NCBI GenBank assembly: GCA_965112155.1
Contig: OZ218106.1
Reading direction: 5' to 3' (one strand)
DNA from: Podarcis liolepis
Lineage: Eukaryota
DNA: 64,000 bases
Positions 23,806 through 36,619 of the stretch are shown here, in pieces. How positions within the stretch are numbered: the first letter of the stretch is position 1; the number at the start of each line of letters is the position of its first letter. Under the pieces are notes generated by a model. It worked only from the letters and a program-made list of their open reading frames with translations. It was not told the DNA's origin and did not search any database. The position numbers and the translations under genes were made by a program.

Positions 23806-24933
23806 CCCTAAGCTCTCTAGCACATGCAGAAAGCTCAGCAAAAAAGGTGGTGCTTTTCTCTTATTATGTATCATAGATAAATTAAAAAAGAAAGTACACT
23901 TGGTGAGCTACAGTCCGTCCGTCCGCCCACCCCCGAATTTGCTGCATCTCCCTGCATTGTAGGCCTTTCCTAAAGGCCTCCACTTCTCAGGAATTTCCCA
24001 GGAGAGACTTGTGGTGGGCAAGGGCACAAAGAAGGGCCACTAGCCCCTTACCCCTGTAGCAGGCATAGAACATCATAGCAGTAAGTTCCTGTGAGGGATT
24101 GGTCTCGAGTGTAGGGGGGGAAAGCTGTCAAAAATGCTGTCAAAAGAACTGAAGGTACTGCTTGAAGTAAAGCACATGAAATACTGCTGCAGTGAGACAT
24201 TAAATAATGGAGTCAGTCAAAGACAAACCCTTTCTTTGCTTTAAAGAGTTAGTGCTTTCAGAATATTCGATCATCATTTCAAATATTTCACAATATTTGA
24301 CTGGTGGATTGACCAATGATTTTTGACTAATCAAAAGGACAACTTCAACACGCATCTTGTTTTCTATTTATTTATTTTGATAGGGAATATCCTTTCAAAG
24401 CACTACAGCAAAAGCACTCCTGAAAGTTACATCCATGTGTCTTTCATAGCTAGACAACAGGTTAAAATTCAATAGACTTAGCCTCTTTTATCACTGTATC
24501 TGCAGCTCTTGAACTTCTGCTTGTCATGAGACATTTAAAACACAGAAACCCTGCCAGCAAATGTGAACCTTATCAGAAAACACACACATCATTATTGTCT
24601 AGTTTCATTTAGGGTTGGGTTTTTGTTTTAATACATAGTGGAGAGAGAGTGAGAGAGAGCAATGAAGCTAAAAGGAGCCTGGCTACTTTGAGTATTATTA
24701 TTGGTTCCTATGTACTTCTACTCTTTTCCCTACGCATGGAGGGTTTCCCCAGGTGCAATAAGGAACTGGCAGTCATGCTAGAGAACCATTAATACTTTAG
24801 CTGCTTACTTCATTCCTTCCTCAAAATGCAAGGCAAAATGTGAGAGGAGAGAGAGACCTCAGAAGACTCAGGGGAAGGGTTTTGCTTCAATTTTTGCTGA
24901 GCTTTAGAGAAGATGAAAGTGATGTGGATCTTC

Positions 24934-25063
24934 NNNNNNNNNNNNNNNNNNNNNNNNNNNNNNNNNNNNNNNNNNNNNNNNNNNNNNNNNNNNNNNNNNN
25001 NNNNNNNNNNNNNNNNNNNNNNNNNNNNNNNNNNNNNNNNNNNNNNNNNNNNNNNNNNNNNNN
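24934..25063. other. Assembly gap
   Basis: Run of 130 N. Confidence 1.
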
Positions 25064-27444
25064 TACTCCCCTGATTTCTTTGTGTATTTTGGGACTAAGC
25101 TAGATGTGGAATTAATGAATGCCATTAACAGACCCATTTTTTTGTTTGTTATGTAAATAGCAGGTAAGGGAAGCCTGAACAGTCTTGGAATGCTGGGAGT
25201 GAGAGGGGAAGTATGACTTTTTTCTGCCACAGTCCTGAGCTCCTGTTAACATGCAATTAACATGTTTGGCCCTCAAACTTGGATGGAGCAGGATTAGCCT
25301 CTTATGCAGAGCCTAGAGGTCATGCTTTCTTCAGATTGCCCTACAGGTCTTTTGGAACACTTTTCAGAGACACCTCTAGAAAGGCTCTATATACCGGGAT
25401 GTAATTGAGTTAATTGAGATTTTGTTTTGCTCTTGACAACAAATAGAGTTCCTTCCAGGATACAGTCTAATGGGATAGCTCAGATCTAGAGTATTTATGG
25501 CTTGAACCAACCTTGCGGGCCTGTTTGCTCATTAATTTCCCCAGAGAAATCTCAATTTGGTATGAGTCTTTTGCTCATGCATGCCCCTTCCATTCACTAC
25601 AAGTAGAAATTAAAGAGTGAATAGGCTATGCAGCATTTGTTTGAATGCAATACCTCCCTGCCCACCAACCTGTCCTTGTAAAGAATGGCTTTGTTTTACT
25701 GGGCTTTCAGAAAAATATCACGCTCATATAAATGCTGTGCTACCCCATTCACTTATTACTTTCTCCCTGTAATGAAGGGGCATGCATGCTCCAGAGACTC
25801 ATAAAGGACTGGCATTTCAACCTATAAAGTAATGAGTGAACAGTGAGCCCAGGTGATCTCACTCCACGGATAAAAACCATTATTCTTTATTACTAATTGA
25901 TCAGACTGAGTATAACAGAGCGTGAATTCTAGGCATACGCTTTTCAGTTGGAGAAGCTATCTGTAGGACAAACAAAGCTTTGGCCTTCAAAGGACTTGTA
26001 CACACTATAAGGCATTGTGATTCTTGTGCACTAATTTACAGTTACTTTCTTTAATTGTTTGCATGCTGGTAACTTCTATTGTTTAGTTATGTGCTGGAGT
26101 AAACAGCTGTTTTGTAAGATACAAAATGAGATAAAAATGATGCAGTTCCCCTTACAATATTGATCCAAATTTTGTCATAGGCAATCAGTACTTCAGGATT
26201 CACTTGAATCCCAACATCATAGTTTGGGTGTGCACACATGTATGTATTACAGACAATGGCCAGTTTATGCATGTCCAATTGATGTGTGGCTGTGCATGCG
26301 CACATCACAACAACCCAGAAGTGGCTGGAAAAGGAGGTGGAACAGGCAGGCCGGGGGCAGAAGCGTTAAGTGTAACAGGGTGAAGTGGGCTTATACATGC
26401 TCCACTGTCACATGTTATGACCTGGAATGCAAGCCCCACACAAATCGAGGGTTGCCTATACAGTATTATCCCACCTTTCATCAATAGAACACAAGGCAGT
26501 GTATGTAATTTCCATGCATCAAGTGTCCCTTACTAAGGGAGTGTTGCCTGAATTAGGTACTGCAAATGAACAACAGCTGCATACCTCAGGTGTGAAAAAA
26601 GAAGGGTGGAGGATCACCCTTGTCTGTAAAGACCAGTGGAAGTTGGTGTGAGGAAAAGCATAAAAATGAAGGTGAAATTCATTAGGGCAATGGTTTAGAA
26701 GAAAACGTTAAAAGCTGAGTTGGGCAACACTTCTCATATTATGAAAGGATAAACCCCTAACTCTTATTGTAACTTTAGTGGCACAACTTGGAATATTATG
26801 AAAAAACTGGAGGGGAAAATGCATGTTGTTAAAATGTAATTGGCAATGAAAGAATCTCATAAGGGACCATCTATTTCCAAAGGCATTGAAAATGGCACCA
26901 TGTAATACGTGGCTGCAATAAGGACTGATTGAATGATGAGTCGTGTAGCATTCTTTGGGTTGTATCCAGTGTTGTCTCTCGTACTGGTGGAAGGCTATTT
27001 GATCCAGAAAAGGCTTATGTCAGTGAAATAAGGACTGTTATTGCTGATCTCACTTGTCCCCTGAAGCCCCTGCCTCTACGCTGTTCCAAAGGATCCTAAC
27101 CCTTTAGCAGTTTTGGGAGTGTGCAGGGAGCTGCACGGAGAGGAAGAACTAGTGAAAATAATCTCCCAGTTCTGTGGATGGATGTCACCACTAAAACAGC
27201 CATCTATCACAAGGAACACCATTGAATAGGATATTGTAGTTCTGCAAAGTTGTCCTTGGGTATATGTATGTTTAAACTGGGTGGAATTTTACACACTTGA
27301 GTAATATTGACTTAAACTCACAGAGGATGTGACAGAATTGACCCCAGTTTCTATAACCAACATTGGTACACACTAAAAGTCAAAATGATTTGCAGTATGT
27401 TGAACTAGAATCATTGTACAAGCACTAAATGGTTTATTCAGGCA

Positions 27445-27530
27445 GAAATCCTAATCCCACTTACCTGGGAGCAAGCCCCATTGGGTTCAGTAGTATTTAC
27501 TTCTGAGTGGAGATGGTTAGGATTACGCTG
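27445..27530. mobile_element. Short palindromic interspersed element
   Basis: Arms aatcctaa (27447-54) / ttaggatt (27517-24) around cacttacctgggagcaagcccca...ttacttctgagt. Confidence 0.6.
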
Positions 27531-27706
27531 TAAGCAAATGTTGAAAGTCATTTGCTGGCTGGTGCATACTTCAGGAGCATGATTGTATCTGTGGCAGTGT
27601 TGATTTTGCCCAACATGACAATGATTAATAAACAATTTTTCTTTTAAAATCATTCTCCATATGTCATAGAGGAATTCATAATTTATTTATTATTATATTT
27701 GTATAT

Positions 27707-28066
27707 CGGGTGGCGCTGTGGCTAAACCACTGAGCCTAGGGCTTGCCGATCAGAAGGTTGGTGGTTCGAATCCCCGCGACGAGGTGAGCTCACATTGCTC
27801 GGTCCCTGCTCCTGACCACCTAGCAGTTCGAAAGCACATTGAAGTGCAAGTAGATAAATAGGTACTGCTCCAGCCGGAAGGTAAACGGCATTTCCGTGCG
27901 CTGCTCTGGTTCGCCACAAGTGGCTTAGTCATGCTGGCCACATGACCCAGAAGCTATTTGCAGACAAACGCCGGCTCCCTTGGCCTAAAGAGTGAGATGA
28001 GTGCCGCAACCCCAGAGTCATTCGCGACTGGACCTAACGGTCAGGGGTACCTTTACCTTTACCTTT
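27707..28066 (+). mobile_element. Sauria SINE (Squam1-type)
   Basis: cgggtggcgctgtggctaaacc head, ggttcgaatccc B-box, (ACCTTT)n tail. Partial TSD ttatattt (27693-27700 and 28067-28074). Confidence 0.92.
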
Positions 28067-29187
28067 TTATATTTATGTGGATCTAGATTATGGGTGGAAT
28101 TTTTGGGACCATGCTTATTTCAGATATGATCAGTATTTCTGGATAGAATTGTCAGATTTGTAGAAACGAGAAACATATTTCCATGCACTACAGCAATACA
28201 GCCATTGTGGTAACAATAGGCAATACCTGAGGATTAAATAATGGCAATCTTTTACAGCCAGTTGTGCCAGTGTACAGTACTGATATATGTCATGCAGTAC
28301 CATCTCTTTAGAAGTAAGTTCCACGGTGTTCAGTCTGTAATCCTGTACTCACTAACGAGAGAAAACCTCACTGAAATCAATGGAAGTTACTTCTGATTAA
28401 TATTTATTCCACCTGTGTACTTGGAAGAAAGTTGCATAAAACTTAATGGGACTTCTTTATTGGGCTTTATAGTTGTCAAGGTGAGCAACTTATTTGAGAG
28501 AAATTGAAGTCAATACAAACAATATGTTTAGAACTGAACTCAAAGGCATGTATTTTGATTGATAAAATTGCAGTTGGTTCATGATTCCATATCATGAATA
28601 ATAGAATTAAGCCTACTATCCTACCTTAGACCAATTTTCTACAAACTAGCACTGCATATTCTAATGTGGCATATTGAAACAAACAGTTGTTAAATCTCAA
28701 TTATTAGACATTGAGAGGAAGAATAATTCAAATATTCATCTGACGTGTGTGTTCATATTTGTAGTGTTTCTGTTCCATTCATTCATTTGTGGAAACAGAG
28801 TTCTTGGGAAATGACATAAATCTACATGCTATAATTTTCCTGAGTGCTAGATATTGCATTTGTATATCTGACTTGGCTGAAACATTTCTAAATGGTCCCT
28901 TTGGCTACACATCTGAGGAGGCTCATAAACAGAAATAATTCCTTTCCAAGTCAATTATAACTCATGCTTGCTAAATTGATTCAAGATCTGCTTGTGTCAG
29001 ACAAGTAACCTAATGAGTATTTTGCTTTTGAGGAAACCACATCTCAGTGCTTAAAGGGGAGATGAAGGATATGGAAACGAGAAGATCTTCATTTTTGTAG
29101 AATGACAGAATATGAACAAATGGAAGTTTTCTTCTAAGTGCTCTTTTGTGCATATGCCAGCTAGTTTGAGGTGTGACTTTAGTTATG

Positions 29188-29345
29188 AAGAAGAAGAAGA
29201 AGAGTTTGGATTTGATATCCCGCCTTTCACTCCCCTTCAGGAGTCTCAAAGCGGCTAACATTCTCCTTTCCCTTCCTCCCCCACAACAAACACTCTGTGA
29301 GGTGAGTGGGGCTGAGAGACTTCAAAGAAGTCTGACTGGCCCAAG
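29188..29345 (-). mobile_element. Squam3-like SINE, 5'-truncated
   Basis: Reverse complement of the 3' part of 30134-30382, with a (GAA)n tail on the plus strand. 6-bp TSD gttatg at 29182-87 and 29346-51. Confidence 0.88.
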
Positions 29346-29766
29346 GTTATGCTGTTGTACTCTCCTTTAATTTTTTTCCTCAGTAATATAAAAACATATC
29401 GTTAATATTTGCACATGTTTCTTACTTGGAGAACTGAAGTGATAGGATTCCAAGGTAATGGAAGACATTCTTTTTCACTAATTCTGAGTGCTGCCAGATG
29501 GCGTGTTTAATGAGCACTCATCTTGATGTGTTTGAAGCGAGATCAGATGATGCTGTCCATTTATTATCATTATTATGTTATATTTGTTAAATTTCTATAT
29601 TTAATAAGCATTCACTCTGATTTGTTTATGGGATGGCTGGATAATGTTGCTTCAAAGCTTGTGGAACATGTTGGCAGCAGTTTGTCTTGGGAGACAATGG
29701 ACGAGTGTGCCTTTGGGGGTGAAGACAAAGTGTTGGAGAGTTACAGCAGCTGCTGTGGCTGTAGAG

Positions 29767-29901
29767 CAGGCATGGCCAAACTTGGCTCTCCACCTGTTTT
29801 GAGACTACAATTCCATCATCCCTGACCACTGGTCCTGTTAGCTAGGGATGATGGGAGTTGTAGTCCCAAAACAGCTGGAGGGCTAAGTTTGGCCATGCCT
29901 G
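29767..29901. mobile_element. hAT-type palindromic MITE
   Basis: Long TIRs caggcatggccaaactt / aagtttggccatgcctg. 8-bp TSD ctgtagag / ttgtagag (7/8). Confidence 0.9.
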
Positions 29902-30133
29902 TTGTAGAGACTGATATGGAAAGACGTGTTTTGTTGCAGCTGGGCAGATGAAGGCATCCAGTTGTGCTGCTGCACCATGGCACTTGTTCTCTCTGTACTC
30001 CCCCCCCCCCCAGCAGTCATTTCTTCTCTGGTTACTGCTATGGATGCACAACCTGACTATCTGGGTCTAGGAACTTCAGTCATTTGCAGAGGAATCTCAC
30101 ATGACAGGGTTGATGTTACCAGCCTTCATGTCA

Positions 30134-30382
30134 GAGAACCAGTGTGGTGTAGTGGTTAAGAGCGGTAGTCTCATAATCTGGTGAACCAGGTTCGCGTCTC
30201 CGCACCTCCACATGCAGCTGCTGGCTGACCTTGGGCCAGTCACACTTCTTTGAAGTCTCTCAGCCTCACTCACCTCACAGAGTGTTTGTTGTGGGGGAGG
30301 AAGGGAAAGGAGAATGTTAGCCGCTTTGAGACTCCTTCGGGTAGTGATAAAGCGGGATATCAAATCCAAACCCTTCTTCTTC
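30134..30382 (+). mobile_element. Squam3-like SINE, full length
   Basis: gagaaccagtgtggtgtagtggttaagagc head and (TTC)n tail. Confidence 0.9.
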
Positions 30383-30864
30383 AAGTTTGCAGACATCTTT
30401 GTAATGCAGAGTTGGTCTTCCAACAGGCCTAGCACCTGAAGCCAGCTCCTTGTAGAGCATGTCCTTGGGGATTCTGCCATGCTCCGTGCCTCAAAGCAAC
30501 CCCATACTTTCTACTGCATTTTCTCATCACTTTCTCATCCCTTACTGCAAACAGTCCAATCTTTGGAGAAAGTGTTTTTGTTGTGTAAGAGATCCAAATC
30601 AGCTTTAATTGAGCACCCTGAATTTGCCAGTATGTATTTGAATCCCACCTGAAAGTAGTGATATTCTGTAAGTGTGTATACCTACATCTGATTATACTGA
30701 TGGTACCAGTAGTGTTTGAAATAGAATAATGATTCCCACATAGACAAAAGCGCCTAAGCTGATATGCATGTGGAATTTGAGTATTGCTGATTTATGAATG
30801 CCCATATCCAAATATTTTAGGATGGGGCAGTTGCTGGTGCAGATTAAGAATGCATATTGTAAGA

Positions 30865-31444
30865 CAGAGGTTTTCAACCTTTTTTGAGTTCACAGCTCTC
30901 TTGCCCAACTACCTTCTTTCTGTGGCATCCCTGCAGGGCTCAGGAGCCCAGTTATGTTACCCCTTAACCTGCAGAGCTGGCAGCCTCTCACCCTTTTTCA
31001 AACATCCTCCCTTGTGGAGTGTTCCCTCAGCCTCCTCTCCCCTCTCCTTGAGAGTCCTCTGTGCAACCACTGCTGCTGCCTGTGGTCTCTGAGCTGACCC
31101 TCCCCCCTGCCCCAAAGAAAGGTGCCTGGAACTTGTCTGTCCATTCCCAATAGCAAGGACTGGCTGGCGGGGCTCCCTCACCAGCTTGCTTGCTTGCTTG
31201 CTCCAAGGCCGCCTCAACTCAACAACCAGCATCCCCCTGCCCCAGAGGCACCATTCGCTTGCAGTGCTTGTAGTCAGGGCTTCTGCAACAGACAGCTGTG
31301 CAAGCCTTTGGGAGGCAGAGATGTGAGACAGCATCAGAGGAGGGCGGGAAGGAATGAGGGACAGACGTCAGTATTACCTGTGGCACCCCTGGCCATTATT
31401 CAAGGCACCCCAGGGTGCCACGGCACGCTGGTTGAAAACCACTG
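30865..31444. mobile_element. hAT (Charlie-like) non-autonomous DNA transposon
   Basis: TIRs cagaggttttcaacc / ggttgaaaaccactg (14/15). GC-rich interior with no transposase. Confidence 0.8.
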
Positions 31445-32914
31445 TCCTAACAGATTAGGAAAAGCCTGTACTTTCCAGGTTCCTTATAATCTCTGCCTTC
31501 CGTGGTACATCTCTTTCATACCCTTTTAGACAAACATACACTTCACATAGTGGTTAATGTTTATACAAGTGCCTCTCTTGACTGCAGCTGAAGTTACTTC
31601 AGTCTGGTTAAGATGAGCAACCTGTTTATTCATGTTAAAGATTGTAAATCCTGGTTAAGCAAATACCTTGGATAGCTTCAACTCTGGTCAAGGCCTTTCC
31701 TGATATCTCTTTACAGCAGGGTTAAGAATTCCATGGGGTGGAATTTATTATAGGAGGGGAGGATCTAAGTATTGTCTTGCTACCAGCTTCTGATGGCATG
31801 ATGGTTAGCAGAAAACCAGCATTATCAGGGCTGGTTCCAGGTTTGAAAGGACCTGCAGCAAAGTGCCACCACCATAAGTTTCTCTCCCCCCCCCCCCAAG
31901 TTATCCCTGATGGAAGCTGCTGTCTTTTGTGCTACTGGATGGGCAACTGATCAGTAGCCTGTGGAGAGGCAGTCATTATTTATTCCTCCTAGCTGTTCTT
32001 GCTTGGTTTATAAGCAGGTAGTTGATCAGTGCAGCTAGGAGAATTTGCTACTACTGCTTCCTCTTCTTCGCCCAGGCAGCTGTCATAGCTCCAACCCCCA
32101 GGAGGCCATAGAGGGAAGAAAATTGAGGTGGGTGCAGAAGCTTCAGCAACCATACAGTGATGCCAGCCCTTGAGCATTAAAATTATACTTCTCTTTTAAG
32201 TTGGGACTAGCTGCTACTAGATATGGGCATAAGAACTTGCTTTCTTTACAACTATTTATGCTTCTTAGTTAACTTGAATCTTGCTTCATTGCTGTCCATA
32301 TTTCTGTTGGAAATTATGTGAAACTTATTTTTAAAGTGGCCTTAGCAAATGTGTTAGGTGGAGAGAGGAGTTTCCACATTACAATGGAGACGTTAGAAGG
32401 AGAAGCTTTTCATCTGACACATGGACACCACAGGCATTAGTATTAAGAGTGTGACACGCAGAAGGAGCACTGCTGAAATGTAAGAGTACTTGTTTAAAAT
32501 AAAAGGCTAAGAGTAAGGAAGGATTTCTTCTACATTCCCATATTAATCCTTGTCTTCAAATATCTACTCCTGGCATTCTTCCTGATCAACAAAGATTAAT
32601 ATTTGTCTTAGTCTCTACTCCAGATTCCTCCAGTGCATGAAATGCTTTACAAAACGCCATCCAACTGGAAACTAAGCCAGTTCAGCTACTTAGCTTCTGA
32701 CAGTCAGGAACAAATAGGGTGACGCAATCCAGGGGAACCTGAATTGCTTAAAATCAGCCCCAGATGAAGGTACCAATAAAATAATTTATTTTTAATGGGG
32801 ATGCTTATTGTCCAGAATGTGATAAAGGGAATTTTAAAAAAGTAAAATTTGTATTTTTCAAATTATTTCATGTTCAGCAAAAAACAGAAGGCAATTTATT
32901 AGATAGGCAATTCC

Positions 32915-33275
32915 TACTCCACTATCTGCCCTCTCATGTGAAAATTCACTTAACAAAATACAAATAATTATGCCCAAAGCTCACTATATGCATGGCTGAT
33001 TCAGCTATCTGAACAGCCAGAGTTTTCCCTGACTTTTTTTGTTTTGCTGGTTGGTGACAGCCATTTTCCGGTAGACCATGGAGAGAAGGAAGGGGAAGAG
33101 AGATTGGACAAATAAGGGAGCAGGACAGTTTTTCCTTTGTCTCTCTTTTGCTGGTTGGCTGCAGCCATTTTTGGAAGCAATTGGGGGGGGGGTTATGGCA
33201 TATAAATGTCCCCATAGGATATAATGGAAATTGTGAGCTCGTTAAGCAAACGCTCACCTAACATAACAATTTAGT
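32915..33275. mobile_element. Old interspersed repeat (probable Tc/Tigger-like DNA element), copy 1
   Basis: Colinear with 62735-63130, including the identical 22-mer tcttttgctggttggctgcagc (33144-33165 = 62973-62994). Confidence 0.6.
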
Positions 33276-33373
33276 GGAAATACATTGTGTTCAGAAAATG
33301 AGACCTGTTTGTGTTTGTTCTGTAGCATAGGGTAGGAATTGAACTTGCCAGGTGTGAAAATCTAATGATCACT

Positions 33374-34021
33374 TTTGCTGTTGTTTAGTCGTGTCCGACT
33401 CTTCGTGACCCCATGGACCAGAGTATGCCAGGCACCCCTGTCTTCCACTGCCTCCCGCAGTTTGGTCAAACTCATGCTGGTAGCTTCGAGAACACTGTCC
33501 AACCATCTCGTCCTCTATTGTCCCCTTCTCCTTGTGCCCTCATTTTTTCCCAACATCAGGGTCTTTTCCAGGGAGTCTTCTCATGCAGTGCCCAAAGTAT
33601 TGGAGCCTCAGCTTCGGGATCTGTCCTTCCAGTGAGCACTCAGGGCTGATTTCCTTCAGAGTGGATAGGTTTGATCTTCTTGCAGTCCATGGGACTCTCA
33701 AGAGTCTCCTCCAGCATCATAATTCAAAAGCATCAATTCTTCGGCGATCAGCCTTCTTTGTGGTCCAGCTCTCACTTCCATACGTCACTACTGGGAAGAC
33801 CATAGCTTTAACTATATGGACCTTTGTTGGTAAGGTGATGTTTCTGCTTTTTAAGATGCTGTCTAGGTTTGTCATTGCTTCTCTCCCAAGAAGCAGGCGT
33901 CTTTTAATTTAATGACTGCTGTCACCTTCTGCAGTGATCACGGAACCCAAGAAAGTAAAATCTCTCACTGCCTCCATTTCTTCCCCTTCTATTTGCCAGG
34001 AGGTGATGGGACCAGTGGCCC
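33374..34021 (-). mobile_element. BovB (RTE clade) LINE, 5'-truncated 3' fragment
   Basis: Minus strand translates ATGPITSWQIEGEEMEAVRDFTFLGS...KAMVFPVVTYGSESWT...WRRLLRVPWTARRSN with in-frame stops. 3' end gagtcggacacgactaaacaacag. 8-bp TSD tgatcact at 33366-73 and 34022-29. Confidence 0.95.
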
Positions 34022-34659
34022 TGATCACTAGGAGTTGGAATTTAGCATTTGAAGGTTTTATCTTCTTCCCATTTCTCATTAGGTGAGAACCTAGGTTTTG
34101 CAGAAATTTTCATGCCATATGCTTTGGTGACTTTTAGAGGGGTACAGTCTTGTTTGTGGTGGAGCAGGACATGCTTTGGCCGATTGCCAAGGACACACTG
34201 CATTGGCAGGACATTAAATTCCAGCACAGCATGGCAAGACAGGCACCCCATTTCAATTCAGGAGGTCAAAATGTAGAAACTGTCACTTACTGTATTATGA
34301 TCTGTTCATCAAAATGTTCATCTGAGTGTAAATACTGCCTATCTGTACTGCATTGCTTTCAAGGGGATGCACATTCAGATATTTATTCCTAGGTTGTTTG
34401 GTGAGCATTAGCATCCCAGGCCATCCTACTAGCATCTGTCCACAAATACCTAAATTATAGACCCAGAACCAGAAAACTGCATGGAAGCCTCTTGATTGTC
34501 TAGCTTCAGGTAGTCAACAGGAAGAAGATTGTTTTAAAAAGAAATAATGCTGAAGCAACTGCCATAATGGCCAGCAAAGATGTGTGGTAGAGGTAAAGAG
34601 GCCTGCAATTCCTTTTCATACAAAAGGAATGACCAAAAAAATGGTCCAATGGCCAAAAT

Positions 34660-34990
34660 AAAGTCATAAAATTTATACACCACTTAATTGTAAAAAAATT
34701 ACAAAGCAGTTTACAAAAGATAAAACAATAAAACTAGCCAAGAAAAATCTACAACGCTACTTTAAAACTTAAAATTCTAAAACAGATTAAAACAGGAATG
34801 TTTTTAGCAGGTGAAGGCTACTGCTTGATCTCAATAGGCAGGGAGTTCCAAAGTGTCAGTGCTGCCACACTAAATGATCAAGTTATTACAAATGTGGAAC
34901 GGGGATTGTGTGGCAACTGTAGTTGTGTAAGTTCCACTGATCAAAGCAGTCGGGGGGGGGGCACATGTAGAGTAAAGCAGTCTCATAGGT
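34660..34990 (-). mobile_element. Degenerate L2 LINE 3' fragment
   Basis: ggcagggagttccaaagtgtcagtgctgccacac is the reverse complement of VAA-TLWNSLP. A-rich UTR on the plus strand. Confidence 0.65.
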
Positions 34991-35743
34991 AAAATCAAAC
35001 TACATATTGTCATTACTACTGGGGGAAGCAAAATACCCAGAGGATTATAATTTTGTGGGTGAGAGAAGATTAACATTTATGGTCTTGCAAAATCTTTTAC
35101 TGTTTTAGCCAGTGGAAGTAAATGAACTCATTTAAAAACTGAGGGCTTATTGATGACTTAGTGTATTACAAGATAAATGTGGCATTCTTAGTTGTTTTGA
35201 GGGAGCCTTTTTTTTTTTTTTACTAGAAGTAATATACTCTGGGACAATTGTGTTTTGACCTGACCATTCCAGTTGCTATGTTATTCATGAGGAGACTATA
35301 AGCTTACATTTAAGTAGCTGCATAGAATGGTTGGGCTTGAAATGTGTCTTTATTTTTCAATTCACTATTTTGCATTCCGCTTCCTCTCCTAAACCTTATT
35401 CTTAACAAACTCACAGATTCTGGAGATGGGGGCTGATGCATATTTATGATTGTTCACAAGAGATAGTACTTGCCCTGCTGTGCCCAGATCTCTTTGGCCC
35501 ATGCTGTGCCTTTGGGTCCAGAGAGAATTTGAAGAAAGAAAGCTGTCCTGCTTCCCAGAGAGGAAAAGATGCAGACTCTCATCCCCAAAACTAGTATTAA
35601 TCCCTCAAAGCCTTGAGAATTTGCTCCTATCTCAAGATCAGAGGTGAAGGGGGTACTAGTGTCAGTGTGCATAATTGCATGAGATGACCTCTGTTCCCAA
35701 GAAGTGATCTCTCAGACTGTCCTCTGCAACTATAATCCTAAAT

Positions 35744-35884
35744 TGAGGGTAGACAATGTGGTGCCCTCCAAATCCTGTTTGGCTACAACTCACACCAGAC
35801 CCAGCCAGCATGGGCAATAGTCAGGGATGGTGGGAATTGTAGTCCAGCAACATCCAGAGGGCACCAAATTAGCTAAACACACTG
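35744..35884. mobile_element. Older hAT palindromic MITE related to 29767/56673
   Basis: gtgccctcca...ctacaactc...gggaattgtagtc...agagggcac inverted architecture. Confidence 0.7.
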
Positions 35885-36132
35885 CTTGGTGAGTAAGCCC
35901 CATTGAGCACAGTTCTGAGTAAATTGGGAAATGATTGCACTATTATGTGTTTAATTTTACCCTTTTTCCCATGTTCCTTTTTTAAATACAGCCAAGCTTT
36001 ATAAAATGTGTAAAAAGAAGTAGAGAAAATCCCAGTGATCTGTAAGCTGTCCATAGAATTTTTGTTCTTTGTTTGGATCATTTGGCATTTGTATAAACAC
36101 TATGGTTTAGTGTTGTGTAAGACATTGGTGGT

Positions 36133-36175
36133 CTTCTCTCTTCTCTTCTCTTCTCTTCTCTTCTCTTCTCTTCTC
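36133..36175. repeat. (CTTCT)n pentanucleotide repeat
   Basis: Direct reading. Confidence 0.9.
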
Positions 36176-36297
36176 GTGTGGCCACAAGAAAATCAGGAGC
36201 TTTCACTTGAATTTTAAGCTAGGCAGTTAGTGCTATATATGAACAAGGACAAACTCTGATTGTCTTAGCTATGGTCTACTGAGACAAGTCAACTTCA

Positions 36298-36326
36298 CAG
36301 CCAGATGGGCGGGGTATAAATAATAA

Positions 36327-36380
<54 letters not shown>

Positions 36381-36385
36381 TATTA
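36298..36385 (+). mobile_element. L2 3' terminus with long (TTA)n tail
   Basis: cagccagatgggcggggtataaataataaa followed by about 19 TTA units. Confidence 0.75.
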
Positions 36386-36428
36386 CTAATTTATGAAGGT
36401 TCTTTCTTAAGGGGGGGACCCTTAGTTT

Positions 36429-36616
36429 GGGGAATAGCTGTAGATCAGTGATAGAGCCCGTGCCTTCGGTGCAAAAGGTTCAGTCCCCAACATATTTAGG
36501 CAGGGCTGGGAAAGATGCTATCTAACACCTTTCAGAGCAGCTGCTGCCAGCATCAATAATACTGGCCTGGATGGACCAGTGGTTTAACTTGGTATAAGGC
36601 AGCTTCCTGTGTTCAT
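36429..36616 (+). mobile_element. Old tRNA-derived SINE with CR1-like tail
   Basis: gctgtagatcagtgatagagc head and gatggaccagtgg...gtataaggcagcttcctgtgttc tail. Confidence 0.7.
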
Positions 36617-36619
36617 CAT

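Noticed and set aside
30784-31529. Overlapping 102-135 aa ORFs in GC-rich sequence
   Set aside because: They lie within a TIR-bounded non-autonomous hAT element. High GC explains the open frames and there are no transposase motifs.
33375-33912. 86-126 aa + strand ORFs
   Set aside because: They are antisense to the BovB ORF; the real frame is on the minus strand and is interrupted by stops.
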